Below are positions 1 to 12,375 of a stretch of 64,000 nt of DNA, piece after piece (within the stretch, counting starts at the first letter, position 1; every line of letters begins with the position of its first letter). This DNA comes from Takakia lepidozioides (taxonomy: Eukaryota > Plantae > Bryophyta). The notes under the pieces are model-generated. The model was not told the DNA's origin. It did no database searches and saw only the letters and a program-made list of their open reading frames with translations. Where the stretch lies: contig CM060732.1 of NCBI GenBank assembly GCA_030704615.1, positions 76,136,001 to 76,200,000 of the forward strand, given 5' to 3'. The position numbers were made by a program, and so were the translations under genes.

Positions 1-1000
1 TCTTGCTTAGTGGTAGCTGATATGTTGCCTACCCATCCAGAGGATTTTTACCTCTGTGAGACTCCTTCGTTTAGTCACAAAAGTATAGTTTTGCATTTAC
101 CACACTCTCAACCTGCAAACTTTCAGCAGGATCTTATCACCATGTGGTTTTTATTTATTATTACATATTGCCTCCACTACTCTGGTCCAAGATCTGAATG
201 TACCACTCTATGAGGTTTGAATGTATGTTAGATATTCAGAAATTGCTCTACTTTGTAGTCTAGAGGAAGTATTCAAGAATATCCTCCCAAAGTTCTGCTT
301 TCCCGTGGCTATTTCTATGTTGCTTAGTGATAGCTGATATGTTGCCTTATACCCACCTAGAGGATTTTGGCCTAGCTCTTTCTAGGTGAATTGTGGCCAT
401 TGTGAGAGAGGTCATTTGACAGCCACTTCAACGCCTTGATACACAAGGACCAGGTGTCAAAATGTGTTGAGATGCAAAATCCTAAGGAAGTGGTTGTCTG
501 AGAATAATCTTCAATCTTTTGGGGATCCCTGTCCACCCTTCTTTGGCTTTTGCCCCCCTCACTACATCAGGATCTTCCTCATGCTAAAATACTATCTATT
601 GACACATCCTCTGCAATTTTGTTGGCAACTTCACTGTTGTTCTTCAGTCATGTGCAGCTTCAAGATTTGACTGCTTTGACACAAACCTTGATGTGCTTCC
701 TCAACTTACATTTTCTGTAGCTAGGTCGACCTTCTTTCGCTGGCCTAAGTTCACAAAGGAATGTTGACTATGAAAGTTTGGAGAGAGTTTCTACTTCTCC
801 CATTTATTCGAACCTGAAATATGACATGGGTATATAGGTCTTTTCTGGAGATCCCATGAAATTAGAACCCGTACCTGCGTAGACAACCAGGTTTTTCTCT
901 TGCTACCTTTTAAATTGGCCATAACTTTTGCTGGGCAGATCAGATTAAACTTAACCCTCAACCAATTTTGCTCAACATCCAACCAAACATAATGAAACCC

Positions 1001-1307
1001 TGTAAGACTTTATTTACAACATGTACAATGGGTGAACATACATAGGATGAGAAGTTCCAAAAAAAGAGGGGGGGGGAGGAACAAGAAACAAGAGAAAAAA
1101 ACAAAAAGTTATAGTAAGCTACTCAGCTAGAGAAGAAAACAAAAGCTATAGTAAGCTACTCAATCAGAGACGAAAACAAAAGCGATAGTAAGCTACTCAA
1201 GCAGAGCGACCCTCTCAGCCAACAGCCTGGGGGGTGCACCCTAGCCAACTTGTACCAGCCACGTGCGTGCACAGGAGGGGGGTATTTTTAACCCCCCCTG
1301 TACAACA
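1001..1307 (-). mobile_element. Possible solo LTR or LTR fragment
   Basis: On the minus strand it starts TGTTGTAC and ends AATAAAGTCTTACA (TG...CA, polyA-like signal). It contains three 37-bp tandem units (TAGTAAGCTACTCA at 1112, 1149, 1186). No TSD was found. Confidence 0.3.
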
Positions 1308-1334
1308 TTATTCTAGCGACGACCGAAGGTCGAG

Positions 1335-1460
1335 AGCTAGTTTAGCGTAGAGCAGGAATAGGGTGCCATAGTGCCACATCATCATCGCCACGTGTCGTCG
1401 CCACGTTTCGTACGTCGTCAATTTCTTTCTATCTGCCCAGATTGCCCGAAAAATCCGAAA
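1335..1460 (+). repeat. Conserved upstream segment of the PDF-PPR gene family (paralog of 57248-57370)
   Basis: AGCTAGTTTAGCGTAGAGCAG..ATAGGGTGCCATAGTGCCA...ATCTGCCC.GATTGCCCG occurs at both places, each a few hundred bp upstream of a 'WWDN' PDF exon. Confidence 0.7.
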
Positions 1461-1689
1461 ATAACTTCTTGGACGGTACTTCGTCGAGACTGACCCTTTT
1501 CCTCCCTGCTTCTGTTTGATGTTCAAAGGAGAGAGAGAGAGAGCGCAAGCGCAATGGCTACATAGGTTGATAAGGCCTGGCATTTAGAACAGGTTTAGAT
1601 AGGTTTGGCAGAGCTCGACTGTGCGGAGGGCATTTCTTCAAACGGCGCATCCAGGAGAGCGTTCTCCAGTGAGAATCCCAGGGAAAAAG

Positions 1690-3802
1690 GTGAGCATATT
1701 TATCCTTCACAATGGTGGGACAACCTACATATCAAGGTTTAGAGGGTTTACCCCTAGGACGCCTCTCTTTCTTCTTACATGATGTGAAGAAGGTTTTCTG
1801 TTCTGCAAAAGTGGCTGTCCCTGTCTGTATCATAGGTTGTTGTTCCTAAACAGGCCATGAAATTGCATTGCGCAAGGGTTTTCTTGGTGTTTACAAGGTA
1901 CTTGGGAGGGTCTTCTTGGTTTTGGGAGGCCGTCTTATTGATAGCTACAAGAAACCTGCATGAGTAGATGGTCAACTGCAAGCAAGCAGCAGGGGCACAA
2001 TTGATAAATCAGGCACTCTCACAATGACCACAGCCTCCAAAAGAGGACCAAGAGAGGGAGTCCACAGGACCTCTTCTGGAAATTCCGGGTATATGAGGAC
2101 ACTATGTGAGGCAGGGAAACTGAAAGAGGCTCTTCAAATTTTGAACCAAGAAGAAGCATTTCAGCAGGTATAGATACTTATGTCTGTCTCTTGCATGCGT
2201 GCGTCAAGATGAAAGGCCTGGAAATGGGAAAGCAGGTGCACTCTCACATTACCCAAAGTGGATTCAAACCAAATGTTTTTCTACAGAACACCCTTGTGAA
2301 CATGTATGTTTAATGCGGGAGCATCGTGGCTGCACACCAAGTGTTCAACAAAATGCCTGAACGAGGTTTGTTCACATGGAATACAATGATGGTAGGATTT
2401 ACCAAGTATGGGTGTGGTAAGAATGCCTTGGAGACATATGAGCAAATGATGCAAGAAGGGGTGACGCCCAACCGGGTCACATTCGTTTGCGTTTGCAATG
2501 CATGTGCAAGCCTGGTAGCCCTGGAAAATGGCAAAGAGATCCATGGTGACATCATCAAAGCTGGAATTGTACCAGGTGTCATTCTGAAAAAACCCTCATG
2601 GGAATGTATGACAATGCAGCAGCATCAAAGATGCAAAGGGGGTGTTCGACAATATGGCTGCACAGGATGTGGTGTCCTGGAATGCAATAATCGCAGGATA
2701 TGCCAGGCATGGGTGTGGCATAGAGGCTTTGGAGACCTATGAGCAAATGATGCAGGAAGGAGTGAAACCAACCGGATCACATTTGTGTGTGTCTGCAATG
2801 CGTGTGTGAGCCTGGCAGCCCTGGAAAAGGGCAAGAGAGGTCCATGGTGATGTAATAAAGCTGGACTTGTACCAGATGTCATTCTGAACACTACCCTCGT
2901 GGACATGTATGCCAAATGTGGCAGCATCGAAGATGCAAAGGGAGTGTTCAAAAATATGACTGAACGAGATGTGGTGTCCTCGAATGCGATGATTGCAGGA
3001 TATGTGCAGCATGGGTGTGGCATGGAGGCTTTGGAGACCTATGAGCAAATGATGCAGGAAGGGTGAAGCCAACGGGCCACATTTGTTTGTTTTTCAATGC
3101 ATGTGTGAGCCTGGCAGCCCTGGAAAAGGGCAAAGAGGTCCATGGTGACATTATCAAAGCTGGAATTGTATCAGATGTCATTCTGAACAATGCCCTCATG
3201 GACATGTATGCCAAATGTGGCAGCATCGGAGATGCAAAGGGAGTGTTCGAGAATATGGCTGAACGGGATGTAGTGTCCTGGAATATAATGATTGCAGGAT
3301 TGCCCAGCATGGATATGAGCTAGAGGCTTTGGAGACCTATGAGCAAATGATGCAGGAAGGGGTGAGCCCAACCGGGTCACATTCACTTGCATTTGCAATG
3401 CATGCGCGAGCCTGTCCGCCTAGAAAAGGCAAAGAGGTCCATGAAGACATCATCAAAGCTGAATCGTACCAGATCTGATTCTGAACAATACCCTTGTGGA
3501 CATGTATGCCAAATGCAGTAACATCAGAGGTGCAAAGGGACAATATGGCTGAACGAGATGTAGTGTCCTGGAGTTCGATGATTGCAGGATATGTGCAGCA
3601 TGGGTGTGGGATGGAGGCTTTGAGACTTATGAGCAAATGATGCAGGAAGGTGTGAAGCCAACCGGGTCACATTTGTTTGTGTTTGCAATGCGTGTGCGGG
3701 CCTGGCAGCCCTGGAAAAGGGTAGGAAGGTCCATGGTGACATCATCAAAGCTGGGATTGTACAGATGTCATTCTGAACAATACCCTCCTGGACATGTATG
3801 CC
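1690..3802 (+). pseudogene. PLS-class PPR pseudogene with N-terminal OSB-type PDF motif, truncated by a LINE
   Basis: PSQWWDN at ~1705-1725 and IDSYKKPA*VDGQL at ~1938-1980. Then about five P-L-S triplets (VSWNAMIAGY, TFVCVCNACASLAALEKGKEVHGDIIKAG, VILNNALMDMYAKCGSI) with many frameshifts and stops. It ends abruptly at GACATGTATGCC|TCAGGG. Confidence 0.9.
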
Positions 3803-5681
3803 TCAGGGTGATCCCTGGGAATTGGTTACTTATGCCAAATCTAGGGCTTCATGTGTAGTTTTGGGGTGAATCCCAGGATGACGATGTGTCCTTTAAAACT
3901 ACATGCTCTAGCTTAGGCTTGGATTTCATGGCTAATGGTACCTCTCGAGACTGATAACAGGGGTACGTTGAAGGTTGCAACGACCAAAAGTGCTTCTAAT
4001 AGAGTCCCGCATCAATTCAATCTCAAAGAAGTTCGTCCCTTGACTGGCTGGAGAGCGGTCTTAGACATTGGTGATTCAAACGGGCGCTCTAGGAAGACAA
4101 CCAAGGGCAACAACTTCAACTTGAGAGTTTCTAATCGGTTTGATGCTCTGGATGAGGTTGAATCCAACAGCCAGAAAGACAAGATGCCCCAAGTGTACGG
4201 AACCTGAACGTCCTGAATCTGAAGGATTTGGTATCTGAATGGTTACCAAATCCTCAAGGTTTACACAAGACGAACAAATTCTATACACGTGGGTAATTGT
4301 CCCCAAGCCGTCAGATGGACAGTCTGTCCCTAAGTGTGCAGAGCCTGAACGTCGAGTAACTGAAGGATTTGGTACTCTAAATGGTTTACCCATCCTCAAA
4401 GTCTACACAAGACGAGCAAAATCTATACACGGGTAATTGTCCCCAAGCAGTCTGACGGACAATCTGCCCCTATGTGTGCGGAGCCTGTGCTTCGTGTAAC
4501 TGAAAGATTTGGTACCCTGAATGGTTTACCATTCTCAAAGTTTACACAAGACGAGCAAAATCTACACATGGGGTAACTGTCCCCCCTTTGCAGAAACGGT
4601 GGCCGTCCAGGAGCAATCACAAGCTACCTAGACGACAAACAATTCACACGCAAAGGCTGGCTTGCGGCTGGCCACTTTCAACTCCTCAGGGTTGACCAAC
4701 AAAGGAAACAACTTGAAGTGGGACAAGTTCTTCGGACTAAGATATTCATATCTGGGCTGGGCAAGAACATGGGAAACGTCGGATAACTGGTTGGAGATGT
4801 CATTGGTTATAAATGGGCAGGTAAGATGTGTACTCTCAAGGCAGCCTCTGCCAAACGCGGTCAAAAGGGGTCGATTCTTTGTCCGTGATTCTTGTTTGAC
4901 AATTGTGAAATTATCAACAAGGGTTTGAGGTACGAGCATAGTATCTGGGCTAACACTGAATTTGAAGGGCGGCGAGTACAAGGACCTCTTTGTTGGTTGT
5001 GTTTACATGCCCCAGAGGGGACCCTTAGTGCTGACGCAGACAAGGCCTTCGAAGATGTAAAGCTGGACTGTGCTTCGTTCCTTGCCAAAGGTCAGGTGGT
5101 ACTATTGGGGGACTTCAATGCCCGGGTGGGCAAAGGGATCCATCAAGACGATATCATTGGACCTTTGGTGAGGACGAGCTGAATTCTAATGGCCAGACTG
5201 TTAATTAACTGTCTAAGAAGAGCTTCAGCTTTTGACCTTGAATAACAGGACAAGTGGTGACCAAGTGCAGTGGACTCGTGAGAAATCCCAAACTGGGGAA
5301 CGTTCCATGTGGACTATATCATAATGGACAAAATTTTGTTCCCCAAGTGGCCAATGTGTTGATCGACAGAACTGATATTGGTACCTCTGACCACTTCCTG
5401 GTTTGGACTGAGATCAAAAGGTGTTTTCCCACCACCAAGAGATCTGTGAAACGTTCAATTCGGAAGTGGCGCATAGAAGAATTCCACAATGGGAGGTCAA
5501 AGGCTGAGTACGTCCAGGCCTTGCAAGAGGCTCTCCTCATTTTGTCCAATCGCCTCCAAGAACTTCAGTCACACTCTGTTAACGCAAGAAATGAAGTCGA
5601 AAGAGCAGTGGAATCTTGGGAGAGTTTCGTTTCCTCAGTGGCTGACAAGCATCATTGGAGGAAAAATAATTGTCTACGGTA
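3803..5681 (+). mobile_element. LINE retrotransposon 5' part: ORF1 relic and APE endonuclease (RTEX-like), frameshifted
   Basis: SNRFDAL in 3935-4207. APE motifs RLATFNSSGL (4662), VVLLGDFNARVG (~5095-5130), VDYII (~5308) and GTSDHFLVW (~5380), then a KWRIEE...EYVQAL linker. It breaks off after IIGGKIIVYG. Confidence 0.85.
4187..4585 (+). repeat. About three copies of a ~140-bp tandem repeat upstream of the LINE endonuclease
   Basis: GAAGGATTTGGTA...AATGGTT...CTCAA..TTTACACAAGACGA.CAAA..CTA.ACAC..GGGTAA.TGTCCCC recurs with a 140-141 bp period. Confidence 0.85.
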
Positions 5682-5929
5682 GTAGAGGAGGTTGCTATTT
5701 CATGAGCATGAGCGGCATGAGCAGAGTGTAGTACCACAATCGGTTTTCATGAGCAGAAGTACAAATTTCGAAAATAAAAAACAATAAAAAACAATAATTT
5801 AATGCAATGTGTCAGGAAAAACAAATATATTATTCGGCCCCTTGAAGGGAAAATTGCACTTTTGACAGTTGTGCTCATGATATTTCGTCTTTCCGCTCAT
5901 GCCATTCCCAGCGACATGTGCAAATTTAA

Positions 5930-6360
5930 ATGGCCGAATTGCGGGGTAATAGGGTCCGTAACCTGAAAAACGGCGACGTATTTCGCGGCAATAGGTCTCT
6001 CTGGCGAAAAAATGGTGCCGAATTCCGCGGCTATAGGTCCCCTCATGACAGGTAATTCGGCGCCATTTTTCCAGTGCATGTTCGGACTTAGCCAGTTTTC
6101 GGCGCAAAATAGGGAAATTCGGCGCCATTTTTCCAGACACTGTACCAGTTGCATGTTGGGACTTAGCCAGTTTTCGGCCCAAAAAAGAGAAATTCGGCGC
6201 CATTTTTCCAGACACGGTACCAGTGCATGTTGGGACTTGGCCAGTTTTCGGCCCCAAAAGAGAAATTCGGCGCCATTTTCCCAGACACAGGTACCAGTGC
6301 ATGTTGGGACTTAGCCAAGTTTTCGGCCCCAAAAAGAGAAATTCGGCGCCATTTTTCCCA
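5930..6360. repeat. Subterminal tandem array (62-76 bp units) containing the element motif GAAATTCGGCGCCATTTT
   Basis: AATTCGGCGCCATTT starts at 6054, 6116, 6191, 6264 and 6340. Units also contain GGACTTAGCCAGTTTTCGG, shared with the intron array at 15896-16468. Confidence 0.9.
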
Positions 6361-6505
6361 CAACTGCTTCTGTTGGATCTCAGTTTGAATGGAATATTGC
6401 CTCATTCCAGGAGTTTTGGGGTGCATTTCATTACACTGCAAAAAAAAGTCTGATTACAGCAAAATGCATTTGAAAATATCCATATGGAGGATTCCGTTTG
6501 CCCCA

Positions 6506-9500
6506 TCAATGATTTCTGGAATCCCTAAGGAGGAGTTTGTGCAGCTCGTTCACGCTCAACGCCGGTGCATGAATAAAGTCATCAATAGTCACGTTCATCC
6601 TCAACCTCTTCAGGTAAATGTAATACAGATGCTTGCACGGATAATACTTCGAACCCTTCTTTGCTTCCATCAACGAGAAGTCCGTACAGTTGCAAGTCGG
6701 CTCCACTCCAATCGTAATTGTGTATACTCGTAGCGTACAGCCGAGCCGCCGTTGCCATCCGATACACACGCCCAGGCCGGGTGGGGGGGTACGTCCACGG
6801 AGCTCTGAATAGTGCAAGCCATCCCAAGAGCATTGGCAATCCGAGTCTCATTCAACTTGTTGGGAGGGTGTCGTCTCTTCACTCTTCCGAATCGCATTGT
6901 GGGATGTGCAGAATTGTCCAATCCATCTCTACTAGACCGAGCAGTCTGCAATGGCTGGGTCTGAGGAACCGGAAATGCGTGGGCGGGATGTCTGTGCGTT
7001 GCACCATTCGAAATCCTGCTGCAGATAGAGCATCCGCCTCATTCTGAGAGAGGCTGCAACCCGGTGCAACAGGCCAGACGCCCGGAGGCTCCGGCATTCC
7101 TGAATCCCGTACTTGGGCTTGCCAATACACAGGTCATTATGTCGTGCCTACAGAACCAAAATGTCTGCGTTGTGGCGTGAGCAAATGTGGGAGTCAAAAA
7201 TCTGCCGCTGAAACAAGGTGCAGGTACAGCACCGTGTGGGTTCCTCCGAATCATCTCACCACAGCGTGCTCTCGTATCCACCCGGATGGCGCAACACTTC
7301 CCTCGAAATGCCGGCAATGTCCTCGCAATTCTCCACTGTGACTCCGACACTCTTGTCTCCACAATGGGAATGTTGTATTGCTTTACTACAGATGGCTTTA
7401 TGTTGCCGGGGCACGCGCCCTGTGCTCAAAGGAGATGGCGATCTTGAACGTGCAGGACTTCCGGTGCTCGACGAGACCTCCTCGGGCAACATCACCGGAC
7501 CACGAGGGAGCGTGCGAATATTCTTGTCAGCTCGCCATGAATCCTCTTCTCCGCCAGGTGCCTCGTCAAGTCTTCGTCTCACTGGACGGGTATGAACATC
7601 TCCTTCCAAATGTTGGCCTCTTCGCAGCAATGGCGTGTCCCGAAGGCCCTCTCGCAAGGCCGCCGCCCACTTCCGAGGATTCTTCGATCTGGAGGCAGTC
7701 CGCATCAGCATTTCCTGCCTGTCCGGCCCCAAGCCCCATGTTTCCCTTTCAAGAACTCGTTGTACCTGCATTGCTGCATAATTGGCCTCACAATGTCCTC
7801 CGTTGTGGCAGTGAGGATGTCCACCAGATGCGCCGCAGAGGAGGCACGCCAGGAAGAGTGCACTGATTCGGCCATGTTTGTCGTGGGCATGTCGGTGTCG
7901 GAGTCGAGACACGTTTCCTGCACAAGCACATGTTCAGGTTACAAGCAAGTTACAAATATGGCCAAGAATAATATCCAACGGGACGCGAATTCGTGCAACT
8001 CACCTCCCGCATATAGTCGCCGAACTGGAGGAAACGATAATGCCACCATGCTAGCCAACTGACCATTGCTCCTTCGTCTGATTTCCTTACAGCACCTGAC
8101 GATGTCCACCAAGCCCGTATGCATGCAAACTGTGTCTCTGCATCATCCAAGGTGGGAGCGCGCTTCCACGCAAGGCACATGGAACGGTGCTCCTCTCTGA
8201 AATCTGGCGCCACGAGCCTGGTTGTGTACTGCGAAAGGCTCTGCAGAAAATGGAACCCACAAGATCTCTCCTTGCCTTCCATGGGAACATTGGGGTCTTG
8301 CCCGTACACCCTTCGGATGGCAGCCCAATTTGCTTGTGCGTTGTCCGCCATGAAACCACGGAAATTGGGAGGGGGCAATCCCGCCTTGGCCATCTGTTCG
8401 TTTATTCCCTGCCAAAGAAGCATCTCCGATTGTGTGTCCTCTCCTTTCATCTCACAAATAGCAATTGTCATTAGCATCCTGCAGTGGGTGTCGTAGACAT
8501 GTGCACCCATTGTCACCCACTGGTGATTTGTAATTCGCTTGATATGGTCGAACATGACCCAACTGTTTGACAAGTTCCCACTCGTCATCCTGTCGACCAG
8601 TTCGACGCCACTGCCAGGTCCACACGTGGACATTTTGAATACGAAACAACGATCTGCCTCAGTCCCTTGTCCTGGAAACCTACTTCCATGAATGTAGTCA
8701 TATCCACATCGTCGCTTCACCTCCAGAATGGAGTGCATATCCGAGCCACGCCCAATTTTCTGTTTGCATGAGACAATGTGGTTTCGGACATTCGGTGAAC
8801 ATACGTGGGACACCGACTCCAGCAATGCCTCCATTTCCTTCTCGTCGAGAGGAACTCTATCGGAGCCGTCTTCCGACATAATTCTGGCCAATGCCATCTT
8901 ATGGGCGGCTTGGAGCTGTATCTGTTTGGGTTTGGCACCCGGTCTCAACTTAACCTCCTCCTGAACGAGCTGCTCTGCTTTGTGGGCAGCCTCCCGCGAG
9001 TTCCCCCTCGCCAATTTGTGGCAATGGGAACCAACGTGTATGCAAGCTCGGGTGAGGTCAGGGAAACGGTGCAACACATAGAACTGCTTGGCATTACAAA
9101 CAGACATGCAGTGTGGTGGTTCTTTGCAATGCGCACACTTAAATGTGGAGTTCGGAACCTTCTCCTGAGCTCGAAATGGTTGGTGAGCTGTGCCTGTCCA
9201 ATCGGTCTCGTTCCTGTGACCTCTGGATTTAAAGTGGAAGCAAGTTGGGGAGAAACACCGCAACGCGCCCGCACAAACAACGTAGCGCACCCGCACACCA
9301 TCAAGCATCTTCATGCTGGTGGTTTTGGTAACGCACCAAGGATGACCGTCATGTTTTCTATCCATATCTGTCAACATTCCGGACGCCCTCGAGTAGTCCG
9401 CCCGAGGAGGGAACTCAAAGAAGATATTACCGTCGACGTCGGCGGGAAGGCATGTAACCGATTTAATTGCGAACTTGCTGTAGTCCAGCCCGCCAGCTCC

Positions 9501-10089
9501 GACCGGTGTCCTTCCAGGTGAAGCCCTCGCAGAATTTCAAGAATAGATCGAACTGCGGTGCTCGTGCTGGGAATATGACTCCCTCCTCCACTGACGTCCA
9601 TTGAGGACTTGCCTGATCTCCAGGACGACCTCGGAACTTCCATGACCTCGTCTGAGTCGGACAGGTTGTGAACAACCCGGTTCTCGGTCGTCTTCATGGA
9701 TGGGTTCGGCTCTGGATTTACTTCGTTGCGGACTTCTCTCTTTGAGGTACCCACTCTCTGATTCGCGGATTGTTTCGTGGAAGGCGCCAGGATAGACGGT
9801 GCATTTGGCAGGCAAATGAAGTCCCCAACAGCCCTGTATATGACGCTGTCCGATGGTGGAACTCGCCATTCCCTGCCATCGCCGAAATCATCGTGGAGCA
9901 CAACAATACTCTCGACAACAAGGCCGTTTGAGTCCTTCCTTTCTCCTCCAAAAAAACCGACCCCGGTTTCAGGTGGTATCGAACGCACAGATATTTCTCC
10001 ATCACCCGGCAGGTGTCCCCTCTGCACGGAAATGAAGCTCTATGCTCGTGAGGAGGGCAGTACACTGTAGCGCTCGGGTTTTCCGCCAT
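6506..10089 (-). pseudogene. MULE-type transposase: GCM-like Zn domain, DDE core, Cys-rich linker and C-terminal SWIM; frameshifted
   Basis: DGHPW...CAGALRC..PTC...CAHC...C..VC...CIHVGSHCH (GCM/WRKY-like). Catalytic WVMFD and FMADNAQANW, CxxH (CGFH), then a phase-0 GT-AG intron 8003-7918 leading to TTNMAESVH (catalytic E). SWIM motif CNCTDF...PCKHLYY in ORF 6506-6817. Several frameshifts. The start at 10089 is tentative. Confidence 0.85.
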
Positions 10090-10319
10090 GGGAGATGTGC
10101 ACACAAGACTGCCAGGATGGCGTGCGGGGAAGCTCCCTGGTAGAAGGGGGTGCAGCGATGGGAATGAATGCGATGCCGATTTGTCCAAGCGACGAAGCCT
10201 GATCCAAATCCAGGGAGCCAACTATCTCAAAAATCCACAGTCAGAGTGTTAATGAACCTTGTCTCCGGAATGCGGCCCCTCGTCTTTGCGCAATAACTGC
10301 CAACGGTATGCAGTCAGAA

Positions 10320-11040
10320 AGTGGGGGGCCGTCCGGATGATGACGGCTGAAGGGGAGAAGCCGGCACCGTGCCGTCACATTACTACCCCCGAATGGAAAT
10401 TCGGCACCCAATATCCAACAGAGGAAGCCCGGATGAAGTCGCCTCGGGCGCAGAGGCCGGCGCGTGTGCGACAGAGAATATCCCCTGGATGGAGATTCGG
10501 CCCGAATTTCCATCCGGGCCCCCCAAAGGGAGTCGTGTCGGGGGGTTAGGCCGAAAACTGGACGGCATAAAAACATCCCCAGATGGAAAAACGGCGCCGA
10601 ATTTCCATCCGGGGCGGTTCGGATGCAGTCGGGGAGGGGGGAGTGGCCGGCACTTGGCCGTCACATTTCAACCCCCGGACGGAAATTCGGCACCGAATAT
10701 CGAACAGGGGACGCCCGGATGAAGTCGCCTCGGGCGCAGAGGCCGGCGAGTGTGCGACAGAGAACATCCCCTGGATGGAGATTCGGCGCCGAATTTCCAT
10801 CCGGGCCCCCTCAAAAGAAGTCTTGTCGGGGGGTCAGACCGAAAACTGGCCGACATAAAAACCTCCCCAGATGGGAAAACGGCGCCGAATTTCAATTCGG
10901 GGCCGTTCCAATGCAGTCGGGGAGAAGGGAGAGGTCGGCACCTGGCCGTCATATTTCAACCCCCGGGACGGAAATTCGGCCCTGAATATCCAACAGAGCG
11001 GCGGAGAGGCGGCACCTCTCCGACAGAGACCATCCCCCGG
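10320..11040. repeat. About 2.5 copies of a ~288-bp tandem repeat, each with about three copies of the element palindrome
   Basis: GGAAATTCGGC(A/C)C recurs near 10395, 10681 and 10970. GGATGAAGTCGCCTCGGGCGCAGAGGCCGGCG is duplicated. Confidence 0.9.
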
Positions 11041-11812
11041 ATGGAAATTCGACGCCGAATTTCCATCCAGCAGGTAAGTGGAATCCCGGATGGATGGAGA
11101 TTCGGCGCCGAATTTCCATCCAGCAGGTAAGTGGAATCTCGGATGGATGGAAATTCGGCGCCGAATTTCCATCCTGCAGGTAATTCGAATCCCGGATGAA
11201 TGGAAATTCGGCGCCGAATTTCCATCCAGCAGGTAAGTCGGATCGGTGGCGTATGGATATTCGGCGCCGAATTTCCATCCTGCAGGTAATTCGAATCCCG
11301 GATGAATGGAAATTCGGCGGCGAATTTCCATCCAGTAGGTAAGTCGGATCGGTGGCGTATGGATATTTGGCGCCGAATTTCCATTCGCCATGTATTTCAT
11401 CGCTCAGAATTACATTCCTGCAGGTAATTCCCAGATGAGAATTACCTTCGTGCAGGTAATATGAGAATTACCTTCCTGCAGGTAATTCCAATCGATGCCG
11501 GTAGGATGTTAATTCCTCGTCCAGAATTACCTGCACGAAGGTAATTCTGATCGACGAATTACCTGCAGGAAGGTAATTCTCATCTGGGAATTACCTGCAC
11601 GAAGGTAATTCCTCGCTCAGAAATACATGGCGAATGGAAATTCGGCGCCGAATATCCATACGGCACCGATCCGACTTACCTGCTGGATGGAAATTTGGCG
11701 CCAAATTTCGATTCATCCGGGATTCGAATTACCTGCAGGATGGAAATTCGGCGCCGAATTTCCATTTATCCGGGATTCCACTTACCTGCAGGATGGAAAT
11801 TCGGCACCGAAT
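11039..11812. repeat. Large inverted repeat made of 53-bp units, each with a 26-30 bp palindrome GGATGGAAATTCGGCGCCGAATTTCCATCC
   Basis: Seven units on the left arm (register 11055, 11108, 11161, 11214, 11267, 11320, 11373) and four on the right (11648, 11701, 11754, 11807). A perfect 30-bp palindrome sits at 11145-11174. The arms mirror each other (CCATTCGCCATGTATTTC 11381-11398 vs GAAATACATGGCGAATGG 11620-11637). Confidence 0.95.
11407..11611. promoter_or_regulatory. Centre of the inverted repeat: six copies of a second dyad GAATTACCT-N6-AGGTAATTC; candidate bidirectional control region
   Basis: Copies start at 11407, 11439 and 11465 in one orientation and 11524, 11556 and 11588 in the other. 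The block lies between two head-to-head genes. A regulatory role is inferred only. Confidence 0.45.
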
Positions 11813-12375
11813 TACCTGCGTGAGGGAAATTCGGCGCGCCGCCCTACCTCCGCGGATGGAAATTCGGCGCCGGATTTCCATCTGCGCGCTTCCGAATTAC
11901 CTGCGTGAGGGAAATTTCCAGCGCCGCCCTACCTCCGCGGATGGAAATTCGGCGCCGGATTTCCATCCGCGCGCTTCCGAATTACCTGCGTGAGGGAAAT
12001 TTCCAGCGCCGCCCTACCTCCGCGGATGGAAATTCGGCGCCGGATTTCCATCCGCGCGCTTCCGAATTACCTGCGTGAGGGAAATTTCCAGCGCCGCCCT
12101 ACCTCCGCGGATGGAAATTCGGCGCCGGATTTCCATCCGCGCGCTTCCGAATTACCTGCGTGATGGAAATTTCCAGCGCCGCCCTACCTGGTTGGATGGA
12201 AATTCGGCGCCGGATTTCCATCCGCGCGCTTCCGAATTACCTGCGTGAGGGAGATTTCCAGCGCCGCCCTTCCTCCGCGGATGGAAATTCGGCGCCGGAT
12301 ATCCATCCTGCTGCGCTCCGAATTACCTGCAGGATGGAAATCCGGCGCCGGAATTCCATCGTGCAGTGCTCCGAA
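11809..12375. repeat. Six 85-bp tandem units, each with a ~36-bp hairpin CGCGGATGGAAATTCGGCGCCGGATTTCCATCCGCG
   Basis: GAATTACCTGC starts at 11809, 11894, 11979, 12064, 12149, 12234 and 12320. Confidence 0.95.

Noticed and set aside
2230-3802. Functional PPR gene rescued by splicing or editing
   Set aside because: Numerous frameshifts and stops without splice signals, and truncation by the LINE. The same applies to the other PPR blocks.
8805-9521. 238-aa plus-strand ORF and similar long ORFs (e.g. 13505-14221 minus)
   Set aside because: Antisense shadows of GC-rich transposase and accessory coding sequence with no motifs.
11039-11812. CRISPR-like look: ~30-bp palindromic repeats with ~23-bp spacers at a fixed period
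   Set aside because: Spacers are reiterated variants of one another, the array inverts mid-way, there are no cas genes, and the context is a eukaryotic transposon.
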